Shown here in pieces: positions 10,713 through 23,492 of a stretch of DNA of 64,000 bases. The position numbers were made by a program, and so were the translations under genes. Position 1 is the first letter of the stretch. The number at the start of each line of letters is the position of its first letter. Under the pieces are notes generated by a model. The model saw only the letters and a list, made by a program, of their open reading frames with translations, was not told where the DNA came from and did no database searches. The DNA comes from Pocillopora damicornis (lineage: Eukaryota), in contig NW_020846522.1 of NCBI RefSeq assembly GCF_003704095.1, positions 62,001 to 126,000 on the forward strand, written 5' to 3'.

Positions 10713-13700
10713 ATGTGGAAGATTTTTGGAGGAAAAAGTAAAGAGCAACCGCCAACAACTCAAGAGGCAATTCAGAAGTTACGGTCCACAGAGGAAATGT
10801 TGACGAAAAAAAGTGAATTTTTAGAAAAGAAAATCGACGGAGAAGTACAAACAGCTAGGAAATTTGCTTCAAAAAATAAGAGAGGTGAGCACAGAGTGTG
10901 TATCAGTGGCAAAGATTTTGTTTGCTTTTCTTCTTAGCGACTCGTAAGGCGTCGTCGCGTTAAATTTAAGGTTACTGACATGTTTGTATGTTTGATGAAA
11001 AATTGTAGCTGCTCTGATGGCATTAAAGAGGAAGAAACGACTCGAAAAACAACTTCAGCAAATCGATGGAACGTTGTCTACGATTGAGTTTCAAAGAGAG
11101 GCGCTGGAGAACGCTAACACTAACACTGAAGTGCTTAAAAATATGTCGTATGCTGCAAAAGCATTGAAATCTGCTCATCAACAACTGTGAGTTTATTGGA
11201 AATTTACTCTCTGGGTTAAGGATGTGTTCATACCTTTTCACGTTCCAGATCTAAACAACAACTCTTCTCACTGTCTACCAAAAGTTTCTTGTGACATTTA
11301 CTCGTACAATTTGGTGTGTAATCGGACAATATCCTTCGAATGTCAGATTTCTTTCTCACTTAGTCGCCCCACTACTTAATAGTGTCCATCTATTGGAAGG
11401 AGGGAATCCATTTTGGTCACTCCTGCCTGCAAGTGAGAAAATGATGCCCTGTTTTGATTTGTAGAACTGATTTGTTACCTAATTCTACTGTAAAACAACA
11501 CACAGTAATATTGCAGCCAAAATAACAAACTTAACCAAGAAAGTAAAAAGTACACCTACAAAGAGGGTTATTGGGTGAGAAAACAATCACTTCACAGCGG
11601 TATCATTACAATATGATAAGCATAGGTTGGTTAGAATGGCAGGCAGGTAGTTTTGAAAGTATAGAGAGCCCCTTGTACTAATGAAGTCACAGGGCTATTT
11701 GAAAATTTATACTCTTGCAATCACATTTTCCTACATTGTGACTTCAATTGCAATTTATATTGCATTGTTTTTCCCCTAAGTCAACCAATTTGGAAAAGGT
11801 TGAAGAGAATTGCATATATGTTGGGAGCACAATGGCATTTGTACAACGGCTACGAGTGGGTAGCCAACACCTTACCAGCAGGTAGATCATCTACCCATTA
11901 CCCAGCTGCTATTGAAACCCTTGCTTCAAGTTGTATTTATGTCAAGGGTTTGTTTTTTGCCATCATGAGGTTTCAATAACCTTGGGCTATAACTGGATGT
12001 GATGAGAGTTTTTCACTGCCGATCAAATTTCTTTTAATGAAGTTTACAAAATTTGTCTGACCTGTACACAACTACACAAGACTTTCTGTTGAGAAAAAAT
12101 AGGTCAAGGATTGAGGTATTGCTTTAATAGTCTGTGAATAACTACTCCTTGTGTCTAGATAAGGTTTCGGAGTGTTGTTTTATTAACTGTACTCTTTATA
12201 AACCTGCCCAAAAACAATATATATTTTCAATTTTCAAACATTTTTCCCATGGATTTTTCAATTAGTAGTAAGAAGTCAATTGTTATCAGAGATGCTCTGC
12301 CACACAGTGCTTCCATGTGTGACCCCATTTTCTTCACCTTCCTTTTTTTATCATTGATATTTTCTCCACCTTGGTAGTGATGTTGAGGATGTGCATGAAA
12401 TGATGGATGACATTCAAGAACAGACAGAACTGGCAGATGAAATATCTAGAGCCATATCAGAACCAGCAGGCTTTGGAATGGAAGTAGACGAGGTAAGTAC
12501 CAAACATTATGCAGGTTGTAAGATGTACATTTCTAGAAATTTTCTAATTTCTAACTCTAGTTCAAAGGTGAATTCAGGTATTCAAAATCACCATTATTGG
12601 TTTTTTTTTTTGTTGTGTTCAAGTATCAGTGCAGATTGTCCAATGGGAAAAATCGGATTAAAAAGTGAAATAATGCAAGAATTTCAATCTATTGCAAATT
12701 GTTAAATACTTACAATGCACATGTTTAAAATTATGAGATACTTTTGCAAAGTTTCAATATAATTCATGCTGTACTTGTTTGAAATTGCACATATTATCAG
12801 ATTTTTGCATCTACAGCATTTTTACAAATTCAACCCAATTAAACAGTCTAAATGCCTGTGTAACAAACATTTACTACTCCGAGACAGATACTTACTACAA
12901 CAGCGTTTAAATTGTACTTGCGTAGCAAGTTTTTCCTGATTTTATATAACAGGGTAATCAAATACCAAAATGAACTATTGAAGGCTTTGATTAAAGGCAT
13001 TTGATCTACTACAAAGGCAAAAATTTAATGTAAAACAATGACAAGAAACTCTAATTGAAGTTGCACTGTCTGTATTAACATGTACGATGAAAAGATTGAT
13101 TTTTGTGTAAATGTCCACTTTGAACTTATCTACAACTAGTACAGAAACACCTTTCTGTTGAATTGCAATATGAGGTCATATAAAGGAGGCTATTAAAATT
13201 TGCAAGAGAGGGGTGGGAAGAGGTCTCAGAAATAGTAGAAAATCATCAGTTAATTTTTGGTACAAAATAAAATGTAACAACAGATTGAGTCAATTATTAC
13301 TGGTACCAGGCAGTACTGAAGGAAGTATTTTCCTGGCTTTGTAGATGACTTGTAATTTTGACTTTACTCTGAATGTTTGTTGATGTATTTTCTCATGTAG
13401 GATGAATTACTGAATGAACTTGAAGAACTTGAACAAGAGGGACTGGATGAACAGTTGCTAGATGTTGTTGGAACAAGTAGTCTGCCAGCAGTTCCTGAGA
13501 CAGAACCACCAGCTGCCCCAGGTAGGTTCATAGCCTATGTTTTCTGTGTTCTCCATAATTATCCTCTTTGGAGAAACAGACTCAATTTTAAAGATTTTGT
13601 AATAGATCAGAGGTACATGGATACTTGATCTTGCACTATTTTAAAATTGACTCGAAAAACACAGCCCTCTTTATGGCTATGTTTCATTTTGAGTGAGAGT

Positions 13701-13738
13701 GCCACTGACACTATCTTAATTGTGTAGAGGTCATTTTA

Positions 13739-13788
<50 letters not shown>

Positions 13789-14194
13789 GTTGTATTGAAT
13801 TTGTTACCCTAGAGTATATTCAGTGTTCTCCTTTTCAGGGGGTAAAATTTAACACCTATTGTAATTCCTAAAATTGCTTGGAATTCTTGAAAATTTAACA
13901 GATAGGAGGATTGCTCCACCAGTTTGAAAGTTTCTTTTCCCTGTCGTGCTTAAATAAGAGAGAACACTGCAGATTACCATGCCTGATAAAGCAGAACATG
14001 TTCTTAGCAGAAGAGGGTGAAAGATGCAACACAGTGGCCTTCAGAATAACCCCTTCAATCGATAAGAGAAATAGTCAGATTTTATTTCCAGCAACTAAGA
14101 TTGTCTTCTTTTACTATCAATTTCAGCCAAAGCCAAGACTAAAGCAGCAGCAGAAGAAGATGATTTAAGAGACCTTGAGGCATGGGCCTCTTAG
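10713..14194 (+). CDS. CHMP4B: Charged multivesicular body protein 4 (Snf7/ESCRT-III), 217 aa
   Basis: Exons 10713-10884, 11009-11186, 12378-12492, 13401-13521, 14127-14194, all GT-AG and phase-consistent. Protein includes QEAIQKLRSTEEML...AALMALKRKKRLEKQLQQIDGTLSTIEFQREALENANTNTEVL...DDLRDLEAWAS. Confidence 0.96.
13742..13790. repeat. (TTA)n microsatellite
   Basis: About 15 tandem TTA units in the last CHMP4 intron. Confidence 0.95.
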
Positions 14195-16484
14195 ATTCAA
14201 TTGATCATTTAAACTTTTTTCATGTTTAGTCTAGGACAGTCTTGTAATCAACCCCTGCCAAAAACAACATACTGTTTGTGTAGTGGCCTCTTAGGACAGT
14301 CAGTTATTTCCTTAATCTTTTTCAGTTTGAGCACTAAATATTTAAAGCTCTTGAAATACAATTCCTGGTATGGATATAGCATGGTCAAAGTCAGTATTCA
14401 ATAAAATCCTCAGTACAGTGAATACTCTGTAACAAGGAACAGGTCAAAACTTGGCAAGGTATACCGAGAAAGGTCACTGATGTTAAAATATTGTGGATCA
14501 ATATATGAAATGTAAATTTTTGCCACCCATCAGTAAAAATGGGTTGATACCATTCTTCTTTTTTTATTTGATATCAATAATGATTTTGATGGTGAGACAT
14601 TTGTGATCTGTTTCACTAAATGTGAGGTTTCTTCCTCTATAAATGTTAATTGTTATTCAGTGCTATGTTCTTGACTCAACAACACTGATAAACAGAATAG
14701 AAACTGACCATTATTCAGTGCCCTCTAACTTCACTGGCCTCCACACATGAATGTACTCTTTACCTTTATGTGATGAGAAGAAGAATGCAAGCTTAGAAGG
14801 AGATAAAGAGTGGCTAGAACAATGATTAGGAGTATCAGTCCATCCTTATCCACTAGTGCACTGGAATAAACTACTGCTAGTTATGTTTTAAATTATTCTT
14901 AATTAGTGTATCAACTATTACTTTAAGGCTGTCCACATACTCATACATGTGGTAATGTTACACCTGGGGAATGGAGGTGTACATCAGTTTTAAAGAGAAA
15001 CAATTGTGAGGTTTTTTAGTTAGGGTGAGAAGATGGTATGAACCCAAAGTAAAGATTAAATCATAATTTTACTTTACTAGGCAGTCTCTTAAGTTGATTA
15101 TTCAAAAGAAATTGTCCTGTGCAACATGTACAGGAAAATTTTAGGTTGGTATTTTCTTCCATAATTTCTTCAAGAACATCTGATTTTGTTGACTTAAAAT
15201 GATAGCTGCATCATTTGATGCAGGTTTGTCTTATTTTGAAAACTTCTCCCTGAGAAAGTGGCAGGAATCTGGATATTAAGTTTAATTACAACAAAGTAAA
15301 GTGCCAAGTGGGATGTTTAAGTTGTGGATAATTGAAGTTGTGAGGGTGTGGAGTTTCTTTAAAGTTTGTATTCTGGCCAAAAATACTTACATGCTTGATG
15401 CCAAAACAAACAAACAATTTACCAGACAAATATTGGGGAAAGTTTACTGAAAATAAATAACATTTTATTCAACAAGCTCTGAGATTTAAATAACAAACAT
15501 TATTTAATTTATCAAGTAGGCAGTAATTAATTCCTAGGCCTAAAGTGTGTACCATCATTCTATCAAATACCAAAATGCTAAAAAAAGATGTTAGACACAT
15601 AAAGCAAAGTCTGATTGCCTTACCCCTTAAACTTGTATGAGTGACTAACATTTAATTTTCCCTTCATTATCACCCCTGATTTAAATTTTAAGGTCATTGT
15701 CATATGCCAGCTAATGAATATCTTTAGAATATATTCTTAAGAATTTACATATCAATGGTTAATAATTAATCATTTATTTTATGCAATGATCCACATGTGC
15801 AATTTTACAGCATAATACAGATGCATAGGACCTTACATGATGAATCAGAATGTCTTTATCCTAAGAGTTAATCACTGAACTCCTAAAGACTTCCAGTATC
15901 AAACCTTGCTACTCAGTTGACTATAACTCTGTATCCTTGTCTTTCTACAAACACAATTTGATTGTACTGAAAAAAATTGATCTACCAAAGTGAGAGGATG
16001 GGTGAGCAATAGAGGTGGAACAGGACACATTTGGGATATGATGACTCAAAGATGGAACTTGAGCAACTACAGTGTGAGGGAAAAGACTATTTTGACACTG
16101 AAATTAAGAGCTGGAAACTGTACCATCAGTTTTATCTAACTATATTTAAGAGATTGTCCTTAGGATTGGTAAAGTGTCTGCATATCAGATATCTCAAATC
16201 CTTGAGCTAAGGATGAAGAGAGCTAAATGTTTTTCATAAAGTGTCCTCAACAACAAGCTTTTGTGTCTCAATTTAGCCTAGGAGAAATTTTTGAGCAGAA
16301 CAGTTTGGCCTCCCTGTCACTTTCCCTCTAACTAACCCTCTCAGACCCCACCCACCCGGTTCAGTTGGCGCAAGAACGTACCCACAGATAGGCTATCAGC
16401 TAACTACGTTACATAGATAAGAATTATTTTATTACCTAAATTAACACTAGAAACATTAGAAAAAATTAAAGAACCGATCATTGT

Positions 16485-17201
16485 TCAGGTCTTTTTCAAA
16501 AGACTAGCTGCAGCATCATCAACAAACCAGTGCAGTTCACCACAAGCTGGCTTCACCCTTGCAGCTGGAAGCAGCTCTGCGGTGTCGCCCTCCAACACTT
16601 GCTGAAGAACACTGGCCTTGCTAGCTCCTGTACTCACAAACACTGCACACTTGGTCGCATTTATGATTGGATACGTAAGCGTGATCCGACAGGGAGGCGG
16701 CTTAGGTGAATCAGAAATCGGTGCTACAAGGCGAGATGTTTCTTCAAGCAAAGCATGGGCAGGGAAGAGAGAACAGGTGTGCCCATCTGGCCCCATTCCC
16801 AACAGCAGCATGTCGAGAGAAGGGAGGTCATTGCCAGAGTACCAGCTCTTCAGACGAGATTCATAGTCTTTCGCGGCCTCATCCAATGCAATATCAGGAT
16901 TGATGATTAACACCTCTCCTACAGAAGCTTTATCTAAAAAGTGTTGCTTTACTGCTTGATAATTGCTGTCAGGGTCTGATATTGGCACGTACCGCTCGTC
17001 GCAAAAGAACACTCGCCACTTCGAGAAGTCGATCTTTTGCGATAACAGACCGGGGGAAACGATCTTCGGTAGACTTCCACCTGAAAAACCGACCGTAAAA
17101 AATCCATGATCTTTGATAGCTTCTGATGACTTTTGGGCGATCAGGGAACAAACCTCACGCCTCAAATCCGCTTCGTTTGCAAAGCAATGTCTAGCTGCCA
17201 T
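16485..17201 (-). CDS. PGLS: 6-phosphogluconolactonase, 238 aa, single exon
   Basis: Motifs GFSGGSLP, FFCDERYVP..DPDSNY, LLGMGPDGHTCSLFP, DSPKPPPCRITLT, WFVDDAAA. Confidence 0.97.
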   Translation of the reverse strand: MAARHCFANEADLRREVCSLIAQKSSEAIKDHGFFTVGFSGGSLPKIVSPGLLSQKIDFSKWRVFFCDERYVPISDPDSNYQAVKQHFLDKASVGEVLIINPDIALDEAAKDYESRLKSWYSGNDLPSLDMLLLGMGPDGHTCSLFPAHALLEETSRLVAPISDSPKPPPCRITLTYPIINATKCAVFVSTGASKASVLQQVLEGDTAELLPAARVKPACGELHWFVDDAAASLLKKT

Positions 17202-17305
17202 GTTTGAGAGGAACTAGTGCATCACGGTCAGGGGAGGGGTGGAGTCACGAGTTGCGCGTGAGTGCTTCGCGACGCGGACACTGGAAGAGGAAAAAAACAA
17301 AAGCG

Positions 17306-17405
17306 NNNNNNNNNNNNNNNNNNNNNNNNNNNNNNNNNNNNNNNNNNNNNNNNNNNNNNNNNNNNNNNNNNNNNNNNNNNNNNNNNNNNNNNNNNNNNNN
17401 NNNNN
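17306..17405. other. Assembly gap (100 N)
   Basis: Run of N just upstream of PGLS. Confidence 1.
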
Positions 17406-20400
17406 CCCCCCCCCCCCCCCAAGAAAAAACGTACCTTCCCTAAAAGGAGAATTTATTAAATTGGTTTTAGTCTGCTTTGCTCTCGAGTAGGGAAAACAAG
17501 TGCTTTCTCGACATGGAGCGAAAATTTTGGTCAAAGATGGATTGAGACGAGACGCGGAAGAGATAGGGTGTGTCTCGGGTGTGTCACGCCCTAGCCCCTT
17601 CTCGTCCTGATAAATTCATTCACCATCCCAGGGGCGAAGCCAAAGGGGCCCTGGGGAGCCCACCAATTCCCCCTCCCCTTCACCCTAAATGAGATTTCGT
17701 CCTTTTTAAAGTCAGTATCATACAAATCTTATGATTTAGGCGCGCGAAAACTTGCACATCTTCGTGGCATTAATATTTTCCGAAGTAAGACACTGCATTA
17801 ATTTAGAGGTCCGTATTTCCGCAGGAATACAAACCCGCTGATACACATTGTAGAGGGGAAGTATGAGCAATTTCACCTGGGGTACGCAGAGCGTCGGAGG
17901 TGAGACCTTCCCTCCTCCCCTCCACCCCCCTTCCCCCTTTTTGCGTTCTCGTCGACTACTGGCAGTGTGGGAATTTCTCACCCGAATTCGTGCATATGCG
18001 TGCCGTGTATGATACCCCTGAATGCCATCTGCTACCATGTCTCCCCTGCCTTCTGTGTATGCGTTATCCTTGATCTGGCAGACGCTTCAGCATTTTTTTC
18101 CAACATAATCATAATGGTTATCAATGAATTGTTTTCTCAAAATCCTGGCGGAGGTTCAATGAACTTGGGTAGTTTTATTCGGAAGTGAACGAAAGATGCT
18201 TTTGAGACCTTTTTCAGGAGCCAGTATTACCTTTGCCAATATTACCTTAGCGAATAAAATGGACTGATGAAATTATCAAATCCGAATTACTAGTTGCTTT
18301 GACACCGTCTACTGTGACAGACTGAATCAAATTGGTGAGTAATCCACGGTTTTTCAGGTATTGGGAAGGTTACCCTAAGATATAAAGATTTGTTGAGTAA
18401 CATCTCCCGCATTTTACCGACTCGATGTGGAAATTTGTTAATGATAGCCTCCACGCATAGTGGTAAGGGATGTATAGGGAGATTACACTCGAAAATGTGT
18501 AAGATTTCCGTGATAGCAGGCGAACATTTTAAGCCTCTTCGCTTTCAATATCAGAACGTTCCTTGCAGTGATGGTAATGGTACTATGGTAACCTTAGTAG
18601 CGAAGACATTGAAAATTTTACACTAGTTCCGCAAAACTGTCGGCATATATTCTGAAGATTATACCAGAGTAAACATCCCGTTAGTTTTGGTAAGTGATGT
18701 TCAATGTCCTTAAAAGTACTTGTTTTTGATGGCATTGGTTGCGAAGGATAAATTTATGTGTCTTCGAAACCGAGTCTTATTCCTAAATTTCTCCCAATGG
18801 TACACGCCGGGCAAAAAAAGAGATCAAAACAGCACTAGTTTCACTGAATCTGGAATATACAATTATTCAATAAGAATATGACGTTGATTTGGAGTCGCAA
18901 CTGAACTAATCGGTCGTTCCTTACAAGCGACTAGTTATGGTGGTTCAAAGGGAAAGCTTACACCAGTTTGCCCTAATGCCCACTTCTTTGAGAAAAACAT
19001 CTGATCCGCTTTACTGATATTTCAAAAACAATTTTTAATCTAGTTACGTTTAGAAAGACTAAATATACTTTGTTTTCTTATTTTTAAGCTTAAAATGAAT
19101 AATGTTTTTCTGTTTCCTTTTAACTTTTCTTTTTCATTTTTTTTCCTGCGCTTAGATTTTTATTTCACCCAATTCACCTCACGAAAAATCGTTTAGCAAG
19201 ACAGTTTTACGTTCTCGTGGAGTGAAGCTGTGAACTTTTGGAAAAATATTTTATTCTCTGTCATACAACCATAGGTCCAGCCGAAAATAATCGTTCACTT
19301 GTCAAGGACAAGAAAAAAAAAACCTTATCAAACGTGTCAGGTGAGCCGGAAATACAACAGTGCTTGTTAAGTTTTAAAGTCTATTTTCACTTTCCTATTT
19401 GTTTAGCTAAGATAATAAGTTTTTAGACCAGGTTGTCATGAACGTTTACCAATCCTAACAACATTATAGACCGTCCAGTCCTTTCCAAAGCGTTGCTAAC
19501 CAACGCGGCCGGGCAGGATGGGTGCGAGAAATGATAATAGCTTGGGATAAAGTCCCTTCTCCTCCAAATAAGCCATGCTTATTTGGAAGACGACTAGAGA
19601 AATGAGAGGGCCATTCAAAGTGTTGGTGGAAATCATGTGCAACCAAGTACACTTCGTTATTCACGTTCACGAGTGATGTTGGAAAGTTTTCATAATAACT
19701 CGAGCCTTTCAAAACATCATGAGTCAACCATGGATTAAAAACTGCCCGAGCATTACGTGCAATTTTTGGTTTACATATTTACTATGAACAAAATCACTTC
19801 GATCGCAAATTTGTAGGTAGTCGAGGTACATTACTCGAAACAATGACTTTTAAAACTTTGGAAAATCATTTCTATCCTGTTGCAATAAAATAAAGTTAGA
19901 AGCTAATAGGCGTTTTAGGTTCGGTCAGACCTAGAACCTATTGTTATCTTTGACGTAGGGAGTGGCCGCAAAAAACGTTGCCGAGGTCGAGAACACTTGC
20001 TACTGAGCACTCAGTGATGGTTAAGGGAATGTGGCGGACGGAGTGTCTTCATGCACGGCATGAAATTATAGATTTACGAATCCGTAAAGATGCTGTAAAG
20101 TAAGCGTTAAGATCGTCTTTACGCGTCTTTACGAACTTCTCTACACTTTCGTAAAGAATGTCTTTACGCATATGATGTACTCTAAGGACAATAGCTATCT
20201 ACAACAGGATTTTAAAGCTCCCTCGCCTCCGTTTCACCTTGGGGGGGGGGGAGAGGGTGTGGCTACGCGTAGATTTCTGTAGAGACTGAGAATAAACTAA
20301 CTAGGTCACAAACCTGAGTATGAGAATTTACCAACATTCAAGTGCTAACTGACTGGAAAAAAAGTAACACAAGGAACAGAGAACAATTTCCTTCCCCTTG

Positions 20401-21929
20401 AATAAGAAGTCATCACATTATTATGACTGTTTTGTTAAGAGAGGTCTTTGATATCTTAAGACACGTTGGACACAGGGATAGTTTGGCTGGTTCGATCATA
20501 AGGCAAATACGAGGACAATCAGCTGCGTTTTCTATCGAGTTTAGTCCTCATCAAACCTATAAGGGCATAAGTTGAGTGACAGGTGAAATACATCTGAGAC
20601 ATTGAAGAGGCGTTAGACTCCTATCCCAGCTAGATGTTACTAACAAACGACACCGAATTTGAATGCTCGATTTAATAAATAATTCAGCCTGAGGTCGCAC
20701 AGTTTTGCAAGTTGAATATATCAAACACAGCCCATTTAAATGTTGTTGTAAGGAAATGGGGGTAGTCGGTGTATTTCTTGGAATGCACACGCTGGAGTAG
20801 TCTTCGTATTTAAGGAAACATCTGTTAACTAAATGTTTTTCATTTCAAAGTCACTTGGTACTAAAAGATTCCCAGGAGCATCCAGCCCGTATTTAAGCCA
20901 GGCAGCTAAATCTTTGACGATTAGATTTTCATTCGAACTTCCAATTTAGTTTTCAAAATAATAAAAATATAGACATTTTCACTTATTCTTGATTTACTAG
21001 AATATCCATTAAGACACATTTGTGCAGTTGGGTTGAGGTACTGATATTCTCAGAATTCCTATCGTAACATCCATGCAGCTTATATAACTTTTGCTGTCTA
21101 GGTCGTCCTTGTCAAATTCGCCAGGCAGATAAAACTCAAACGTGCTAAACCATCTTTAAAATTTAGCCTACCAGTGATATGGAGGATCAATCTTTATGAA
21201 TTCGTTCAGATCAAACAACTCATTTGCAAAGAGACATCAAAGTTTAAATGGTCTAGAATCGCGGCCTCGGATAGACTTCTTTTTAACAACCTTTCTTTGA
21301 AATGTTTAAGCTCTCAAGAAAAACAATTACATTTTTTTTTTCAGGTTTTTTTTTCTTTCTTTTTAATCTTAATTTTGTTTCTACTTAGAATCAAAAAGTG
21401 ATTGCTCAATGTTGGTTTTTACGTATTCTGGCCTCATTTTGTCACGCACTGTTTCATTTTCAGGCGTTTTAACTTTCGGTTTCCTCTGATTAAACAAGTT
21501 CGTGACCCGATGGTTATTATTTTACATGTAACCCAGGTAACTGCCGAGAGTCTGCCGAAATGCTAATTTTACATAGCAACATCAACCTCTTGAGAAAGTC
21601 GATTAGAGAGAAAACAGAGCAAATTGAAAGTAATTAGCACACAGCGTAGTTAGCGGTTTGTTTCGTTGTTCTTGCTTTGATCTCGCCTGGCAAAGAGAAG
21701 TAAGAGAATAACTGTTTTGAATAAAAAACACGTATCGAAAGAGAAGTGTGCTACCGCTTCCGGTCTGTCGCTTATTTAGATTAGGGGGGTTCGCCCCTGA
21801 CGTATATCACAGCGGAAGCATGTAAGAAAGTGCTTGCGAAGCTGAAAGCAGTCATGTTTGTTACTACAGTTTAATACAATTTTTGTCGTCTTGCCACAGG
21901 GAAACAGACGCTAAAGGCTCAAAATTGAC

Positions 21930-23492
21930 ATGGTAGTGATCATTAAGATGAAGGGTCTTCCCTGGGAGGCTACGGCCCGAGAAATTAGGCAATTTTACCG
22001 AGGGTTGGAAATAAGCGAGGATGATATTCATTTAGCTCCAAGTCAAGAAGGGAAGGCATCTGGATTTGCATTTGCATGCTTCAAAAAGGATGATGAGGCG
22101 AGGAAGGCTATGTACAGGAATGGAAATTACGTTGGAAAACGATACATAGAGCTCGTTCTAAGCAGCCAATCGGAAATGGATAAAATTTTGAGTGAGGGCG
22201 TACGATTTCGCCGATTTGAAGGAGAGCGACCGCCTATGAAAGACATCAAATCCCAGACCGAAATTAAATTGAGATCGAATGGTGTGAAAGAGAGTTCAAG
22301 GAGTAGCCGAGATACTCCTCGGCGATCAAGGAGTCGAAGTCCAATTCGAAAAAACAGTAATGTTGATGGTTCTAAAAGTCAGAGGGACCATGGTGCTTCG
22401 AACCATGTGAATGAGCGACGCGAAGCCAAGAAGTTCAGTGAACGTAGTAGTTTGCGAATCGTAAACGGGAGAGGTGTTAATGGACTGTCAACAAAACGAG
22501 ACGAACAAGACCGGAGGGGACGGGATAAGGAAAAGAGGAGGGATCTTGTCAAAAATGTTAATCGACGACGTTCACGAAGTTACAGCAGAGATAGGGAGGG
22601 AAAGGGAACCCGACGTGAGACCTCTTTTGCCAATGGAACGCGTGAAGTAACGAATGGTTTTATAAGTATTCCCATGAGCAGATTAAATCGAGGTCGCCAT
22701 GACTCAACCAGTCAGGATGGTTTAAAATCCACGTGGGTTCATATTACTTCTCTACCTTACAGTGTTACTGAAGATGAAATCGTCCAGTTTTTCTCGGGGC
22801 TGAATGTGCTGCATGTTCGTCTCATGTCCCACGCATCTGGACCATATGCTGGTAAAAATAATGGAGAGGCGTATGTGGAGTTTAGGACAGTTGGAGACCG
22901 TATTCAAGGAGAAGACAGAAACCGTCAGTTTATAAAAAGTAGATTTGTGGGTGTAAGACAATGCAGTGTGGAAGATGTGTTGGCTGCCTTGGAGAACAGA
23001 GATGCTTGGACACTCCAGGAACCAGCTGTAGCTAGGCCCAGCTTCTCTCCGGAGAGTACAATGTATTCTGTAGGGAACTTGAACAGGAAGAGTCAAAATC
23101 TTTCAGCTGCTGACATGGGTATGGCTAATGTTGTAATGAATTCTCCAGGAAAGATACCTGTTCCTACTAATGAAGTTGGTGGCATGGAGGGGCAAGTAAA
23201 TCCTCTGAACCAGCTTGCTGCAGGGGCAAATATAAGTATGAATGATATCCAAGCAGGTTGTGTGATTGGTATGCGTAATTTACCCTCCACTGTTTCTGCT
23301 GAGGAGATTTTGGATTTCTTTTATGGGTTTCCAATTATTCCAGACTCCATTCGTATTCATTACCTTGCTCCTGGGCGATCATCTGGGGATGCCATGGTTA
23401 CATTACCAACAAGAGGGGAGGCTCACAGTGCGATTAAACAGCTGAACAACAAACCTGTTGGAAAGCGAAAAGTTCAACTATTTTTGGTCTAA
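21930..23492 (+). CDS. RBM12: RBM12/RBM12B-like RNA-binding protein (3 hnRNP F/H-type RRMs plus RS/RD-rich linker), 520 aa
   Basis: N-terminal MVVIIKMKGLPWEATAREIRQFYRGL, central VHITSLPYSVTEDEIVQFFSGL, C-terminal IGMRNLPSTVSAEEILDFFYGF...SGDAMV...LNNKPVGKRKVQLFLV, matching the recalled RBM12 termini. Single coding exon with a 5' UTR acceptor at 21899. Confidence 0.85.
   Translation: MVVIIKMKGLPWEATAREIRQFYRGLEISEDDIHLAPSQEGKASGFAFACFKKDDEARKAMYRNGNYVGKRYIELVLSSQSEMDKILSEGVRFRRFEGERPPMKDIKSQTEIKLRSNGVKESSRSSRDTPRRSRSRSPIRKNSNVDGSKSQRDHGASNHVNERREAKKFSERSSLRIVNGRGVNGLSTKRDEQDRRGRDKEKRRDLVKNVNRRRSRSYSRDREGKGTRRETSFANGTREVTNGFISIPMSRLNRGRHDSTSQDGLKSTWVHITSLPYSVTEDEIVQFFSGLNVLHVRLMSHASGPYAGKNNGEAYVEFRTVGDRIQGEDRNRQFIKSRFVGVRQCSVEDVLAALENRDAWTLQEPAVARPSFSPESTMYSVGNLNRKSQNLSAADMGMANVVMNSPGKIPVPTNEVGGMEGQVNPLNQLAAGANISMNDIQAGCVIGMRNLPSTVSAEEILDFFYGFPIIPDSIRIHYLAPGRSSGDAMVTLPTRGEAHSAIKQLNNKPVGKRKVQLFLV

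Noticed and set aside
16274-16395. TAGCCTA...TAGGCTA-bounded segment, possible small MITE
   Set aside because: Only a 7-bp inverted repeat and no second copy in the window.
16618-17534. ORFs antisense or overlapping PGLS, and ORFs spanning the N gap
   Set aside because: Shadow frames of a real CDS or artefacts of translating N.
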